Source: Candidatus Aquitaenariimonas noxiae (GTDB lineage Bacteria; Omnitrophota; Gorgyraeia; Aquitaenariimonadales; Aquitaenariimonadaceae). From it: a stretch of DNA of 64,000 nt. The first letter of the stretch is position 1. Every line of letters starts with the position of its first letter. Of this stretch, positions 10,415 to 21,137 are shown one piece after another. The notes beneath the pieces were generated by a model, which worked only from the letters and a program-made list of their open reading frames with translations, did not search any database and was not told where the DNA came from. A program made the translations under genes and the position numbers. The DNA lies in contig PEWV01000071.1 in NCBI GenBank assembly GCA_002780005.1, positions 2,188 through 66,187 of the forward strand, read 5' to 3'.

Positions 10415-11704
10415 ATGCCGGAAATCAACCCTTTTTTGGGTTATATTTACAATACAAAAAAAATCAAAGACATATCCAAAGTGCTTGCCCCGCCGTATGA
10501 TGTCATATCGTCCGAAATACAGGACTCACTATATAAACGAAGTGAGTTTAATATAATCAGGCTTATTCTTGGAAAGGATAAGACAGGCGATAATAAAACT
10601 AACAATAGATATAAACGCGCAAAGGCGTTTTTGGATGAAATTATCGCGAAAGATATCTTAACAAAAGATAAAAAACCCTCGCTATATTTATACGGCCAGG
10701 AATATACGGGTGCAGGCGAGAAGCGGCAAAGGCTAGGCTTCATTTCATTAATGAAGCTGGAGGACCGCAAGAATAGCAGCATACTTCCCCATGAACGCAC
10801 ATTCGCCAAGCCAAGAAAGGATAGATCTAAGTTGATTCATAATATAAATGCCAATGATAGCCCTATTTTTTCTATTTTTGAAGACCGTAAAAACGTTGTA
10901 ACAGATATATTAGATAGAGAGTCTAAGAAAAAACCAGTTTTCGATGTCAATTTCGAAGGGGTTAGGGAAAGATTGTGGAGGGTATCCGATTCAAAAATAA
11001 TCTCGCATATAGCCGCAGAACTTAAAAACAAGCAGGTTTTTATTGCAGATGGGCATCACAGGTATGAAGTGGCTTTGAACTACAGAGATGAGATGAGAAA
11101 AAGGCATAAGAAAATACCAGCTGTTGCCCCATATGACTATATCATGATGTATTTTGTCGGGCTCGATGATTCAAGGCTCACTATTTTGCCTACCCACAGA
11201 GTTGTAAAAAACATCGGGAATTTAAAGAATGAGGTCATTCTAAGTTTGCTAGAAGAGTACTTTGACATAAAAAAATTCAAAGATTTCAACAATATGTATT
11301 TGGTGCAAAAGAACCAGGGCGGTAAGTTTACATTTGGTATGTATTGCGGAAACGGATTTTATTTGCTAAAATTAAAAGATACGGCAAATCTATCTGATCT
11401 TATAAAAGGAGAAATGTCAAACGAGTGGAAAGCCTTAGACGTTACCGTGCTGCACAAGTTGCTGTTGGAACGCGTTCTTAAAGTAAAAGATAAAGAAGGC
11501 AATATAGCCTACTATAGAAGTGCATCGGACGCCATCGAGAAAGTTAAAAACGACGGTTACAAACTTGCACTTTTCTTAAATCCGACACGGCTAGAAGAGG
11601 TTAAGGATATTGCGCTAAAGGGAGAGAAAATGCCTCATAAATCAACATATTTCTATCCCAAGCTTCTAACCGGCGTTGTGATAAACAAATTTAACGGAGT
11701 GTAA
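10415..11704 (+). CDS. DUF1015 family protein (conserved, function unknown)
   Basis: Hallmark motifs of the DUF1015 family: LPHERT, FIADGHHRYE, and C-terminal MPHKSTYFYPKLLTG. Confidence 0.75.
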   Translation: MPEINPFLGYIYNTKKIKDISKVLAPPYDVISSEIQDSLYKRSEFNIIRLILGKDKTGDNKTNNRYKRAKAFLDEIIAKDILTKDKKPSLYLYGQEYTGAGEKRQRLGFISLMKLEDRKNSSILPHERTFAKPRKDRSKLIHNINANDSPIFSIFEDRKNVVTDILDRESKKKPVFDVNFEGVRERLWRVSDSKIISHIAAELKNKQVFIADGHHRYEVALNYRDEMRKRHKKIPAVAPYDYIMMYFVGLDDSRLTILPTHRVVKNIGNLKNEVILSLLEEYFDIKKFKDFNNMYLVQKNQGGKFTFGMYCGNGFYLLKLKDTANLSDLIKGEMSNEWKALDVTVLHKLLLERVLKVKDKEGNIAYYRSASDAIEKVKNDGYKLALFLNPTRLEEVKDIALKGEKMPHKSTYFYPKLLTGVVINKFNGV

Positions 11705-11707
11705 AAA

Positions 11708-12343
11708 ATGAGCGATTTTAGTGAATTGAAAAAATCAGTATTTGCCGGAAACATAACAGGCGTGAAGAAATTAGTTCAGGATGCTTTGCAAAAAAACATA
11801 TCCGCTAAGGAGATATTGAACAACGGCCTCATAGCCGGGATGAATGATGTCGGAGAAAAGTTTAAGAATAACCAGATATATATACCGGAAGTATTGATTG
11901 CGGCAAAAGCTATGCAGGCCGGGCTTGATATAATAAAACCTATTCTGGTCTCGGCAGGTGTAAAGCCCGTTGCAAAAGTTGCTATCGGGACGGTAAAAGG
12001 CGACCTTCATGATATCGGAAAGAATATAGTTTCAATGATGTTAAAAGGCGCCGGGTTCGATGTTATAGATTTCGGCATCGATACCCCAGTCGAAAAATTT
12101 GTGCTCGCCGCAAAAGATGGTGTAGATGTTATAGCCATGTCAGCGCTTGTAACAACATCAATGCCTTCTATGAAGCGCACTATAGAGGCGCTGTATAAAG
12201 AAGGACTTAAAAGCAAGGTAAAGACGATTATAGGCGGGGCGCCTATTACTCAAAAGTTTGCAGATGAAATAGGGGCGGATGGGTACACTAGGGACGCCGC
12301 CTCCGCCGCGAATAAAATTAAAGAAATTCTGAACATAAAATAA
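11708..12343 (+). CDS. Cobalamin (B12)-binding corrinoid protein, MtaC/MtbC-like (B12-binding cap plus Rossmann domain)
   Basis: B12-binding-2 cap helix bundle at the N-terminus. DxHxxG motif (GDLHDIGKN) and the following B12-binding domain (MSALVTTSM). Confidence 0.75.
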   Translation: MSDFSELKKSVFAGNITGVKKLVQDALQKNISAKEILNNGLIAGMNDVGEKFKNNQIYIPEVLIAAKAMQAGLDIIKPILVSAGVKPVAKVAIGTVKGDLHDIGKNIVSMMLKGAGFDVIDFGIDTPVEKFVLAAKDGVDVIAMSALVTTSMPSMKRTIEALYKEGLKSKVKTIIGGAPITQKFADEIGADGYTRDAASAANKIKEILNIK

Positions 12344-12365
12344 CTATAAATAAAGCGAGGTTTTT

Positions 12366-13211
12366 ATGCCCTTATTTAAACGAAAACCGAATTATACAAT
12401 TGTTAAAGTAGCTAAAAAAAGAGATATACCGGACGGCTTATGGGTCAAGTGCTATGATTGTGGCGAGCTGATTTATAATAAAAAGCTAGAAGAAAATTTA
12501 AAAGTGTGCCCTAAATGCAATTTTCACTTCACGTTGAGCGCCTTTGAAAGAATAGAATTACTCCTAGATAAGGACAACTTCGTCGAGTATGATAAAGATA
12601 TGGAGTCTGTCGATCCCTTGCATTTTGAAGGCCCTAAGAAATATACGGATAAGCTTAAAGAGGATCAGGCCGCAACGAACATGAAGGAAGCCGCCATAAC
12701 AGGCGAAGGAAAGCTGGATAAAAAACCGGTTGTTATATGCGTCACGGATTCGAGATTTATAATGGGCTCCATGGGCTCTGTTGTGGGAGAAAAAATAACG
12801 CGGGCTATTGAAACAGCTATTGATAAAAAATATCCGGTTATCATAGTATCTGGATCGGGAGGCGGGGCAAGAATGTATGAGGGGATGTTTAGCCTAATGC
12901 AAATGGCAAAGACTAGCGCGGCCTTAAAAAAGTTACATGAGCATAAATTACCGTTCATCTCTGTTTTGACTAATCCCACAATGGCGGGGGTAATGGCTAG
13001 CTTTGCATCGCTTGGTGACGTTATAATTGCCGAGCCGAAGGCGCTTATAGGCTTTACGGGTCCACGCGTTATCGAGCAGACCATAAGGCAGACGCTTCCC
13101 CAGGGTTTTCAGAAATCAGAATTTTTATTGGAGCACGGCCTGATAGATATGGTAGTGCACCGTAAAAATATGAGAGAAACCCTAATTAAGATACTGGATT
13201 ATCTGTGTTAG
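12366..13211 (+). CDS. accD: Acetyl-CoA carboxylase carboxyltransferase beta subunit AccD
   Basis: N-terminal C4 zinc ribbon ([15 protein letters not shown]) and carboxyltransferase domain with GGARMYEG. Confidence 0.9.
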   Translation: MPLFKRKPNYTIVKVAKKRDIPDGLWVKCYDCGELIYNKKLEENLKVCPKCNFHFTLSAFERIELLLDKDNFVEYDKDMESVDPLHFEGPKKYTDKLKEDQAATNMKEAAITGEGKLDKKPVVICVTDSRFIMGSMGSVVGEKITRAIETAIDKKYPVIIVSGSGGGARMYEGMFSLMQMAKTSAALKKLHEHKLPFISVLTNPTMAGVMASFASLGDVIIAEPKALIGFTGPRVIEQTIRQTLPQGFQKSEFLLEHGLIDMVVHRKNMRETLIKILDYLC

Positions 13212-14626
13212 TCTCTCAAAAGATAAAAATTATTACCGGCCTTCTTTTAACATTATTTTTTGTACTATCATTAGCTTATTTGTACAACGTAACCCTGCCG
13301 CTTAATAAAACGCATTATTTCCTGCCGGCAATTTTTATATTCTCCGCTTATATCTTTGCTATACTCTCCGGATATTTAATTTTTGGTAAATGGTCGATCT
13401 TCCTTGTTATCTTAAGCGTGGCTTCGACAGTTTTTCTTGCAGATGCCAGTAATAATTTTCAATACGTATTTTTTTCATTTGCCTTTATCTCGGCAAGCTT
13501 AGCCAGCCAGCTGTATCTGAAAAAGTCGAATGCCTTTAGGCATAGCTCTGCGCAGAAACTCTCCGAATTGAAACGAGAAACTAATCAGTTGCGCGAGGAG
13601 TTTGAGCGCAATAAGGAATTAAAACTTAGCCTCGAGAAGAAACTGGAACGTTATTCAGAACTTAAAGAATTGACGGAAACATTAAGCTCAAGCCTTAATT
13701 TGAAAGACTTGACGCACTTTATTACGGATGAAGCATTTCAGATTATAGGAAAATCTGAACGCGCGCTTTTATTTTTAGTTGATGATAAAAAACAGACATT
13801 AGATCTGACGGCATCGAAAAAAATGGACGACAACCTAAAAATAAAATCAAAAGTCGGAGATATATTTGATAGATGGGTTCTGGAGCATCAGCGGCCTTTG
13901 ATTATTTCAGACACATCAAAGGACTACAGATTCCCTTCCTATAGAAGCAAATCGATAAGACCGGCCGAATCTGTAATTATAGCGCCAATGATGCTTGAAG
14001 ACCGATTGATAGGTGTTTTGAGGCTAGAGGCCTTGGAACGTAATATCTATGCGGTCGATGACTTGCGAATTTTATGCGTTATAGCTGATATTTCTTGCGT
14101 TGCCTTGAACAACGCCTTATTATACGCCAGGACCGAAGAATTGGCCATAAAAGACGGGCTTACGGGCCTCTATGTTCAGAGATATTTTAAGGACCGCCTT
14201 AGGGAAGAAGTTAAAAGGGCAACTCGTAAAGAATATAAACTTTCTTTGCTTATGATCGATATAGACAATTTCAAGCATTATAACGACAAATACGGTCACG
14301 CGGCCGGAGATCTTGTTCTTCAGCATATAGCCGGATCTCTTCATAAATTCGCCGATACGGGCGACTTAATAGCAAGGTATGGCGGCGAAGAATTCGCGGT
14401 GATATTAACGGAAGAGGATAAGGAAAAGGCAAAAAAAGTCGCCGGCAATATTCACAGACATATAGCTAAGGATTCAGTTTTTTTAAGAAACCAGAAAACC
14501 TATGTTACTGTTTCTATCGGCGTTGCCACTTACCCGGATGATGCCTCAAAGGAAAACGATTTAATACGTATGGCTGACGCCAATCTCTATAAGGCCAAAA
14601 ACGAAGGAAAAAATAAGGTATGTTAA
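13205..14626 (+). CDS. Membrane-anchored GAF-GGDEF diguanylate cyclase
   Basis: N-terminal hydrophobic segments, a coiled-coil, a GAF-like region, and a GGDEF domain with RYGGEEF active-site motif. GTG start. Confidence 0.8.
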   Translation: MLVSQKIKIITGLLLTLFFVLSLAYLYNVTLPLNKTHYFLPAIFIFSAYIFAILSGYLIFGKWSIFLVILSVASTVFLADASNNFQYVFFSFAFISASLASQLYLKKSNAFRHSSAQKLSELKRETNQLREEFERNKELKLSLEKKLERYSELKELTETLSSSLNLKDLTHFITDEAFQIIGKSERALLFLVDDKKQTLDLTASKKMDDNLKIKSKVGDIFDRWVLEHQRPLIISDTSKDYRFPSYRSKSIRPAESVIIAPMMLEDRLIGVLRLEALERNIYAVDDLRILCVIADISCVALNNALLYARTEELAIKDGLTGLYVQRYFKDRLREEVKRATRKEYKLSLLMIDIDNFKHYNDKYGHAAGDLVLQHIAGSLHKFADTGDLIARYGGEEFAVILTEEDKEKAKKVAGNIHRHIAKDSVFLRNQKTYVTVSIGVATYPDDASKENDLIRMADANLYKAKNEGKNKVC

Positions 14627-15942
14627 TAGAGACATTTTTTGTTGTTTTTATATCCGGCATTTCGCTAATTGTCTTAATAGCATATTTCCTTGATTTAAAG
14701 CTTGGTTTGGTTGTATCAGCGGTTTTCAGCGTTGCTTTTATAATTTTATGCCACCCTTCGATTTTATTAGTGGCGCTTGCCGTAATAATATCTAATTCTA
14801 TCCCCGTAGCCACAACTTTTCTTAAAAAAGTAATATCTGAAGAGCATCGCAGATTGGAAAGCGACCTTAAATTGTCGCGTGAAGCTTACACCCGCCTTTT
14901 AAACGAGTATTCGACTCTTAATGATGAGAACAGGAATTTAAATAGGGTTGCTACGGAAGTAGAAAACCTGTATGAAGTAGCGCGAAAAATGTCGGAAGCA
15001 CTTGAATTTGATGATATTTTTAAAACATTTAATGAGTTTCTAAATCGAGGCATGAAATTCCGCGAATGTAAACTACTTCTTATAGAGAAAGAAAATGATA
15101 ATTTTTATATCGAAAAGGCTTATCGCATGAAACATCCTACTATATCAAGCGATAACGAAGTCCAGGTGACGCCTCCGGAGCTAAAAGACGAAATTGCGTT
15201 GGATATTTTCTACCAAGACCAGCGGCCGATATTTCTTTCAAGCGATAGGGATAGTGCGAATTTAAACAGATTTTATCCCAAGTGCGATATAAAGACCTTT
15301 GTGTCAAACCCCCTTTTTGTCGAGGATGAACTGGTTGGCATATTGGTGTTAGAGGATCTGGCAGAAAAGGACTTTGAAAAATTTTTGATACTGGCCAGCC
15401 AATTTGCCCTTGAGATGAAAAAGGTTAAATTATATGAAACTATTCAACGATTGGCTATCGTAGACGGCTTGACAGGCGTATATATGCGTAGGCATTTCCT
15501 TGAAAGAGTCGGCGAAGAAATAAGAAGGTCGGAATTCCATAAACTTGCAATTGCTTTTCTGATGATAGATATAGACCATTTTAAAATTTGCAATGACCGT
15601 TACGGCCATTTGGTCGGGGACGTGGTTTTGGGTGAATTAGCAAAAATCCTCAAACAAAACGTCAGAGAAATAGATATTATATGCAGATACGGAGGAGAAG
15701 AATTCGCTATCGTCCTGCCAGACACCAATAAGACATCAGCTTCAATAGTCGCCGAAAGAATCAGAGAAACGGTCGAAGGGTTCACCTTTTCCGCATTTGA
15801 TGAAAAACCGCAGATTACCATCAGCGTAGGCGTATCTAGCTACCCGGCTGACGGGAGCAAGATGGAACAGCTTATAGAAGCCGCAGACATGGCGTTGTAT
15901 AAGGCTAAGCATACGGGTAGGAATAAGGTTTGTATTGCCTGA
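14620..15942 (+). CDS. Membrane-anchored GAF-GGDEF diguanylate cyclase (tandem paralogue)
   Basis: Same architecture as the upstream gene, with [12 protein letters not shown] motif. ATGTTAA start/stop overlap with the upstream gene. Confidence 0.8.
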   Translation: MLIETFFVVFISGISLIVLIAYFLDLKLGLVVSAVFSVAFIILCHPSILLVALAVIISNSIPVATTFLKKVISEEHRRLESDLKLSREAYTRLLNEYSTLNDENRNLNRVATEVENLYEVARKMSEALEFDDIFKTFNEFLNRGMKFRECKLLLIEKENDNFYIEKAYRMKHPTISSDNEVQVTPPELKDEIALDIFYQDQRPIFLSSDRDSANLNRFYPKCDIKTFVSNPLFVEDELVGILVLEDLAEKDFEKFLILASQFALEMKKVKLYETIQRLAIVDGLTGVYMRRHFLERVGEEIRRSEFHKLAIAFLMIDIDHFKICNDRYGHLVGDVVLGELAKILKQNVREIDIICRYGGEEFAIVLPDTNKTSASIVAERIRETVEGFTFSAFDEKPQITISVGVSSYPADGSKMEQLIEAADMALYKAKHTGRNKVCIA

Positions 15943-15975
15943 ATAAGTCGCGCAATTTTAACGAATATAGTTTTG

Positions 15976-16005
15976 TTGACAAAAGCTTTGCTTCTACCAT
16001 ATAAT
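15976..16005 (+). promoter_or_regulatory. Candidate sigma70 promoter (TTGACA, 18-nt spacer, TATAAT) upstream of the ROK gene
   Basis: ttgaca at 15976-15981 and tataat at 16000-16005, in an 87-bp intergenic gap. Confidence 0.55.
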
Positions 16006-16029
16006 AAAACATAATTATAATATATATTT

Positions 16030-17013
16030 ATGCGGAAACGAAGCGGTAAAAAAAGATACGTTGTCGGAATCGATGTCGGCGGCACCAATTTAAAAATAGC
16101 CATTATCGGTTTAGACGGTAAAATCTATAAAAAATTAACTCTCCCCACAAAGAAATTCAATTATAAAAAGAAGCTGATCGACGCGCTGGCATCGCACTCA
16201 AAAAAGATCATAAATGAATGCGGCCTGGCAGAAAAAAATATACTCGGGGTAGGGATCGGAACACCCGGACTTGTCGATAGCACGAATGGCGTAATTCATT
16301 ACCTTGTTAATATAAAAGGCTTCAAAGAAGTCCCTCTCAAAAAGATCATCGAATCCAAGCTTAAGCTGCCCACATTTCTTGATAATGACGTCAATATGAT
16401 GTGCCTCGGGGAATTGTGTTACGGCAGCGGAATAGGAGCGAAGAGTTTGGTGTGTGTTGCCCTGGGGACAGGCGTGGGTGGCGGAATAGCCCTGGAGGGT
16501 AATTTATACCGGGGCTTTACACTTTCAGCCGGAGAAATAGGCCACACAACGATAAATGAAGACGGGCCGCTTTGTAATTGCGGTAATAAAGGCTGCTTGG
16601 AAGCGTATGTCGGCAACAGTTATATCGTAAAAGATGCGATTAGACGGATCAGACAAAATAAAAATAGCTTGATCGTTAAATTAGTTAACGGAAAACTATC
16701 GCATATTACACCAAAAATAATATCTAAAGCGGCATATAAGGGTGACAAAACAGCCAAAGATGTCTTGCGTTCCGCCGGGAGCCATATCGGCGTCGGTTTA
16801 GCAAATATCATAAATGTATTAAATCCCGAGAAGATTGTTATAGGCGGAGGCGTTGCCGAGGCCGGAAAAATCCTCTTCGACGCCATCAAGGCTTCTGTAA
16901 GGGGGCGCGCTATGAAGGTTCCTGCGGCAGCTGTCGAGATCCTGAAGGCTAAGCTGGGAGAGGACGCCGGCCTTATTGGAGCCGCGGCCCTTGTTTTAAA
17001 GGAGATTGATTGA
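16030..17013 (+). CDS. ROK family sugar kinase (glucokinase-like)
   Basis: ROK N-terminal VVGIDVGGTN. Zinc motif CNCGNKGCLE and the ROK signature region. Confidence 0.8.
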   Translation: MRKRSGKKRYVVGIDVGGTNLKIAIIGLDGKIYKKLTLPTKKFNYKKKLIDALASHSKKIINECGLAEKNILGVGIGTPGLVDSTNGVIHYLVNIKGFKEVPLKKIIESKLKLPTFLDNDVNMMCLGELCYGSGIGAKSLVCVALGTGVGGGIALEGNLYRGFTLSAGEIGHTTINEDGPLCNCGNKGCLEAYVGNSYIVKDAIRRIRQNKNSLIVKLVNGKLSHITPKIISKAAYKGDKTAKDVLRSAGSHIGVGLANIINVLNPEKIVIGGGVAEAGKILFDAIKASVRGRAMKVPAAAVEILKAKLGEDAGLIGAAALVLKEID

Positions 17014-19169
17014 TAAATATAAAACCAAAAATTTTTATACTTCTGACCCTATGTTTTTCTTTTGTGTCTAACATTTACGCCGAGGAGGCGAAGCCTGAGC
17101 TTTTGGTCGGAGCAAAGCCTAGAGTACCTGTGGTGGTAAACGGTGATAGGGTTGAATACCTGCAGGACGAGCAGAAGGTGGTTGGAATAGGGAATATAGA
17201 TATAACTTATGGGGATGTGAAGCTTACATGCGACAAGATAACGGTGTACTTAGACTCAAAGGATTCGCTCGCAGAAGGAAACGTTAAAATATATCAAGGG
17301 GATGACGTGCTTTCAGGCGACAAGGCCAATTATAATTTTGAAACAAAAAAAGGTCAGGTCATAAATGCCGACGTGGATGCAAAACAGTGGTATGGAAGGG
17401 GAGAATTAGTGCAAAAAAATGGGGCTATCGAGCACCGTGTCGAAAAGGGTTATGTTACGTCCTGCGACCACGTACCGCCGCATTATAGATTGCAAGCGAA
17501 AGAAGTTGTAATGTTTTTGAACGATAGAATTGTCGCCAAGAACTGTTTTATGTATTTAGGCAAAGTTCCAGTGCTTTATATACCATATTATGTTCATCCT
17601 CTAAGCGAGGACAAGCCAAGGGTAACAATAACCCCGGGGCATGATAAGCGGTGGGGCTTTTTTGCGCTTACCGCGTGGCGATATTACATCAATGAACAGA
17701 TAAAAGGTAATATTCATCTTGATTATCGCGAGAAGGATGACTTCGCCTGGGGCTTTGATTCCAAGTATGATACCAAATATATAGGCGAAGGGTTGCTTCA
17801 AACTTATTATATGAACAAAAAAACTATTCCTGTAGATAGCATATGGAATAGGGATCGCGACATCACCGAAAACGAAAGATATAAAATCCAATTGCGCCAT
17901 CGGTGGCAGATAGACCGCCAAACTGATGTTAAGGTAGAATACTACAAATCGAGCGATTCCACTTTTAATAAGGATTTTTTTTATCGGCAATACGAAAGAG
18001 ATGAAGTGATGCCGACATACGTTTCAGCGCTGCATAAAGACTCCCTTTATAATGCAGAGTTTAGAATGGATAGCCGGGTGAATGAGTATGAAACCGTTTT
18101 AGAACGATTGCCGGAAGCTGATTTAGACGTCGGAAAGAACAGGCTCATGGAGACCAATTTCTACTATAAAAGCGATAACAAATTTTCAAATCTAAACCAA
18201 ACGTTCGCGAATAACGCGTTTGATAACTTAGATGTCGTAAGGTATGATACATATGACGAAATTTCGTATCTCGCCAGGCTTTTTGGTTTTTTTAACATCG
18301 CTCCATTTATAGGGACGAGGCAGACTTATTTCAGCGAAGATAAAAAAGAAGAAGAGCATGTAGTGCGAGGCATATTTTACACAGGCGCAGACTCAAGTAT
18401 GCGTTTCTATAAAGTCTTTGATTATGATACCAACTTTATGGGTCTGGATATAAATAAGCTGCGGCATGTTATAAACCCTGTTGTTAAATATTATTACAAT
18501 ACTATGCCTACTATTTTACCTCAAGATCTCCGCCAGTTCGACAGCCTCGATAGTATTGACCATAGGGAAGGCGTGAGATTTGAAATTGAGAATAAATTGC
18601 AGACAAAAAGGAAAGTTTCAGGGCAAATGACCTCAATAGATTTAGCCCGCTTTGTGGTGACAACCGATTATTTACTCAGGGCAGAGGAGAATAACGAACT
18701 TACGGATATTGATTCACAATTGGAAATAAAACCGTACCGATGGCTATATTTTGAAACGGATGCTAAGTACGACCCGCATGCAGCAAAATTCAAGAGACGA
18801 AACTGGGATTTAATAGCGCAAGACCCAACGCCTGCCGAGAAATGGCAACTTGGCATTGGCCACAGGTATGAGGCCGAACATAGCAGCCAATTGACAGCGG
18901 ATGTCCGCTATAAGCTCACACCAAAATGGCAAGTGCGTGCTTACGAAAGGTATCAATTCAAGGAAAACGACTTAAAGGAGCAGGAGTACTCTATTATAAG
19001 AGATTTACATTGCTGGACCGTCGAGCTTATTTACAATATATACAGGCCTGAAGGCGAAACAATATGGCTTGTCTTCAGGTTGAAGGCTTTGCCGGCCGTT
19101 CCTCTCGAGGTTAACACATCATATCATCAGCCGAAAACTACTTCTCAAACCTTTACACCATTACCATAG
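17010..19169 (+). CDS. lptD: LPS-assembly outer-membrane protein LptD
   Basis: Signal peptide. OstA-like N-terminal domain (GDRVEYLQDEQKVVGIGNIDITYGDVKLTCDKITV..GNVKIYQGDDVLSGDKANYN). Long aromatic-rich beta-barrel region. Confidence 0.75.
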   Translation: MINIKPKIFILLTLCFSFVSNIYAEEAKPELLVGAKPRVPVVVNGDRVEYLQDEQKVVGIGNIDITYGDVKLTCDKITVYLDSKDSLAEGNVKIYQGDDVLSGDKANYNFETKKGQVINADVDAKQWYGRGELVQKNGAIEHRVEKGYVTSCDHVPPHYRLQAKEVVMFLNDRIVAKNCFMYLGKVPVLYIPYYVHPLSEDKPRVTITPGHDKRWGFFALTAWRYYINEQIKGNIHLDYREKDDFAWGFDSKYDTKYIGEGLLQTYYMNKKTIPVDSIWNRDRDITENERYKIQLRHRWQIDRQTDVKVEYYKSSDSTFNKDFFYRQYERDEVMPTYVSALHKDSLYNAEFRMDSRVNEYETVLERLPEADLDVGKNRLMETNFYYKSDNKFSNLNQTFANNAFDNLDVVRYDTYDEISYLARLFGFFNIAPFIGTRQTYFSEDKKEEEHVVRGIFYTGADSSMRFYKVFDYDTNFMGLDINKLRHVINPVVKYYYNTMPTILPQDLRQFDSLDSIDHREGVRFEIENKLQTKRKVSGQMTSIDLARFVVTTDYLLRAEENNELTDIDSQLEIKPYRWLYFETDAKYDPHAAKFKRRNWDLIAQDPTPAEKWQLGIGHRYEAEHSSQLTADVRYKLTPKWQVRAYERYQFKENDLKEQEYSIIRDLHCWTVELIYNIYRPEGETIWLVFRLKALPAVPLEVNTSYHQPKTTSQTFTPLP

Positions 19170-19294
19170 GAGGATAAAGTGAATCCCGTTAGTCCATTTA
19201 GTAGTATATATAGGAGCGATTAAAACAAATTATAAACGAAATAAATTGATTATGAAAACAATACAAAAACATAAAAATAAGGAGGACTAACGGG

Positions 19295-20593
19295 ATGAAT
19301 ATTTGCATGATCGGAACCGGATACGTGGGCCTTGTTACAGGGGCATGTTTTGCGAATTTGGGTAATAAAGTAATATGCGTGGATATCGATAAAACCAAAA
19401 TAGACTCCTTAAATAGCGGTATATGCCCGATCTATGAGCCCGGTCTTGAGGAGCTTGTGGCGCGCAGCCGAAAAGCAAAGAGATTGTTTTTCACCACAGA
19501 TCTGAAAGATGCCGTTAAAAAATCGCAAGTAGTGTTTATCGCCGTGGGCACGCCGCCAAAAGAAGATGGCGAGGCGGACCTTACTTATATCGAAGATGTT
19601 TCCAGGCAGATAGCACAGAGCCTTACATCATACAAGCTTATAATTGAGAAAAGCACGGTTCCCGTCGAGACAGGCAACTGGATCGAACACACTATAAAAA
19701 TGAATAACAAGCGAAAGGTGAAATTCGACGTAGCATCAAACCCTGAATTTTTGAAGGAGGGTTCGGCAATAGATGATTTCATGCATCCGGATAGGATTGT
19801 TATAGGCGCCGAAAGCAAGCGCGCAAAGGATATATTGCTCAAACTCTACAAACCCCTAAAGGCAACGACTATAGTTACGGATATAAAAAGCGCGGAACTT
19901 ATTAAACACGCATCAAATTCGTTTCTAGCCACAAAAATTTCGTTTATAAATGCGATAAGCAATATATGCGAAAGGGCAGGAGCGGATATTTTAGAAGTCG
20001 CTAAAGGCGTGGGCCTCGATAAAAGGATCGGAAAGGATTTCCTATACGCGGGAGCCGGCTTTGGAGGTTTTTGCCTCCCAAAAGACCTGGATGCGTTTAT
20101 AAGGATATCGGAGAAGTTAGGATACAGTTTAGAGATTCTAAAAATAGTCAGGTCGATAAATGAAGATCAAAAGAAGATCCTGCTTAAAAAAATAGAAAAC
20201 AACCTATGGATACTCAAGGGAAAGACAGTTTCTATTTTAGGGCTTTCTTTTAAACCAGAAACTGACGACATAAGATTTGCCCCTTCGATAGATATTATTA
20301 AAGCCTTGCTGGCTGAAGGCGTTAAAATTAAGGCGTTCGATCCGAAGGCCATGGAAAAAGCGAAGGGCAAGTTAACAAATGTGGATTTTTGCAGTGACCC
20401 GTACAGCGCCGTGAAAAATGCCGATTGCGTCGTGATCATGACAGAATGGAAGATATTTAAGAATTTAGACTGGAAACGAGTAAAAAAACTGGTTAAACAA
20501 CCGCTGATCGTAGATGGGCGTAATATTTTTGAAGATCCGAAGAAAATCATCAATATCGGGTTTAAATATATCGCAATGGGACGCAAGATCTAG
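19295..20593 (+). CDS. ugd: UDP-glucose 6-dehydrogenase
   Basis: N-terminal Rossmann fold MIGTGYVGLVTGACFA. UDPG/GMD dehydrogenase central and C-terminal domains with the catalytic Cys region GFGGFCLPKD. Confidence 0.85.
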   Translation: MNICMIGTGYVGLVTGACFANLGNKVICVDIDKTKIDSLNSGICPIYEPGLEELVARSRKAKRLFFTTDLKDAVKKSQVVFIAVGTPPKEDGEADLTYIEDVSRQIAQSLTSYKLIIEKSTVPVETGNWIEHTIKMNNKRKVKFDVASNPEFLKEGSAIDDFMHPDRIVIGAESKRAKDILLKLYKPLKATTIVTDIKSAELIKHASNSFLATKISFINAISNICERAGADILEVAKGVGLDKRIGKDFLYAGAGFGGFCLPKDLDAFIRISEKLGYSLEILKIVRSINEDQKKILLKKIENNLWILKGKTVSILGLSFKPETDDIRFAPSIDIIKALLAEGVKIKAFDPKAMEKAKGKLTNVDFCSDPYSAVKNADCVVIMTEWKIFKNLDWKRVKKLVKQPLIVDGRNIFEDPKKIINIGFKYIAMGRKI

Positions 20594-20628
20594 CGATTGT
20601 CATAAGATTAGGATCCGGAGGTTAGTAG

Positions 20629-21075
20629 ATGATAAATGGCGTAAAAGTAAAGATATTAAAAATTATACCGGATGAGAGGGGCCGGTTGATGGAGATATTC
20701 CGCAGCGATGACGAAATTTTTCGAAGATTCGGCCAGGTTTACATGACAACCGCATATCCCGGGATCGCAAAGGCATGGCATTACCATAGCATACAAACAG
20801 ATAATTTTACGTGTATCCGAGGAAAAATGCGGCTAGCATTATACGACGCGCGCAAAGATTCGTCTACATTTAAAGAAATAAACGAGTTCATTATAAGCTT
20901 AGACGATCCTAAACTGGTACAAATTCCGCCGTTAGTATATCACGGTTTTAAATGCGTAAGCGAAGAGGAGGCTGTGGTTATAAATACACCTACAGAGCCG
21001 TATAATAGAAAAAATCCTGACGAATACAGGATAGACCCTTATAATAACGATATACCATATGATTGGAGGAAGTGA
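20629..21075 (+). CDS. rmlC: dTDP-4-dehydrorhamnose 3,5-epimerase-like cupin (short RmlC homologue)
   Basis: PDERGRLMEIF matches the RmlC DERGFFxE motif. Cupin core with HYHS and YHGF. Adjacent to rmlA, rmlB and rmlD. Shorter than canonical RmlC. Confidence 0.6.
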   Translation: MINGVKVKILKIIPDERGRLMEIFRSDDEIFRRFGQVYMTTAYPGIAKAWHYHSIQTDNFTCIRGKMRLALYDARKDSSTFKEINEFIISLDDPKLVQIPPLVYHGFKCVSEEEAVVINTPTEPYNRKNPDEYRIDPYNNDIPYDWRK

Positions 21076-21137
21076 ACTGCTCGTCGCCGCAAGTTAATCG
21101 CAAGCGACTTGGGACAATTTTTTCGAAAAGGAGAAAT

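Noticed and set aside
19170-19294. 125-bp AT-rich gap between lptD and ugd, checked for a tRNA, small RNA or terminator
   Set aside because: No cloverleaf-compatible stems and no T-loop GTTCRA motif. No GC-rich hairpin followed by a T-run. It is probably just a promoter/RBS region (AAGGAGGA at the 3' end).
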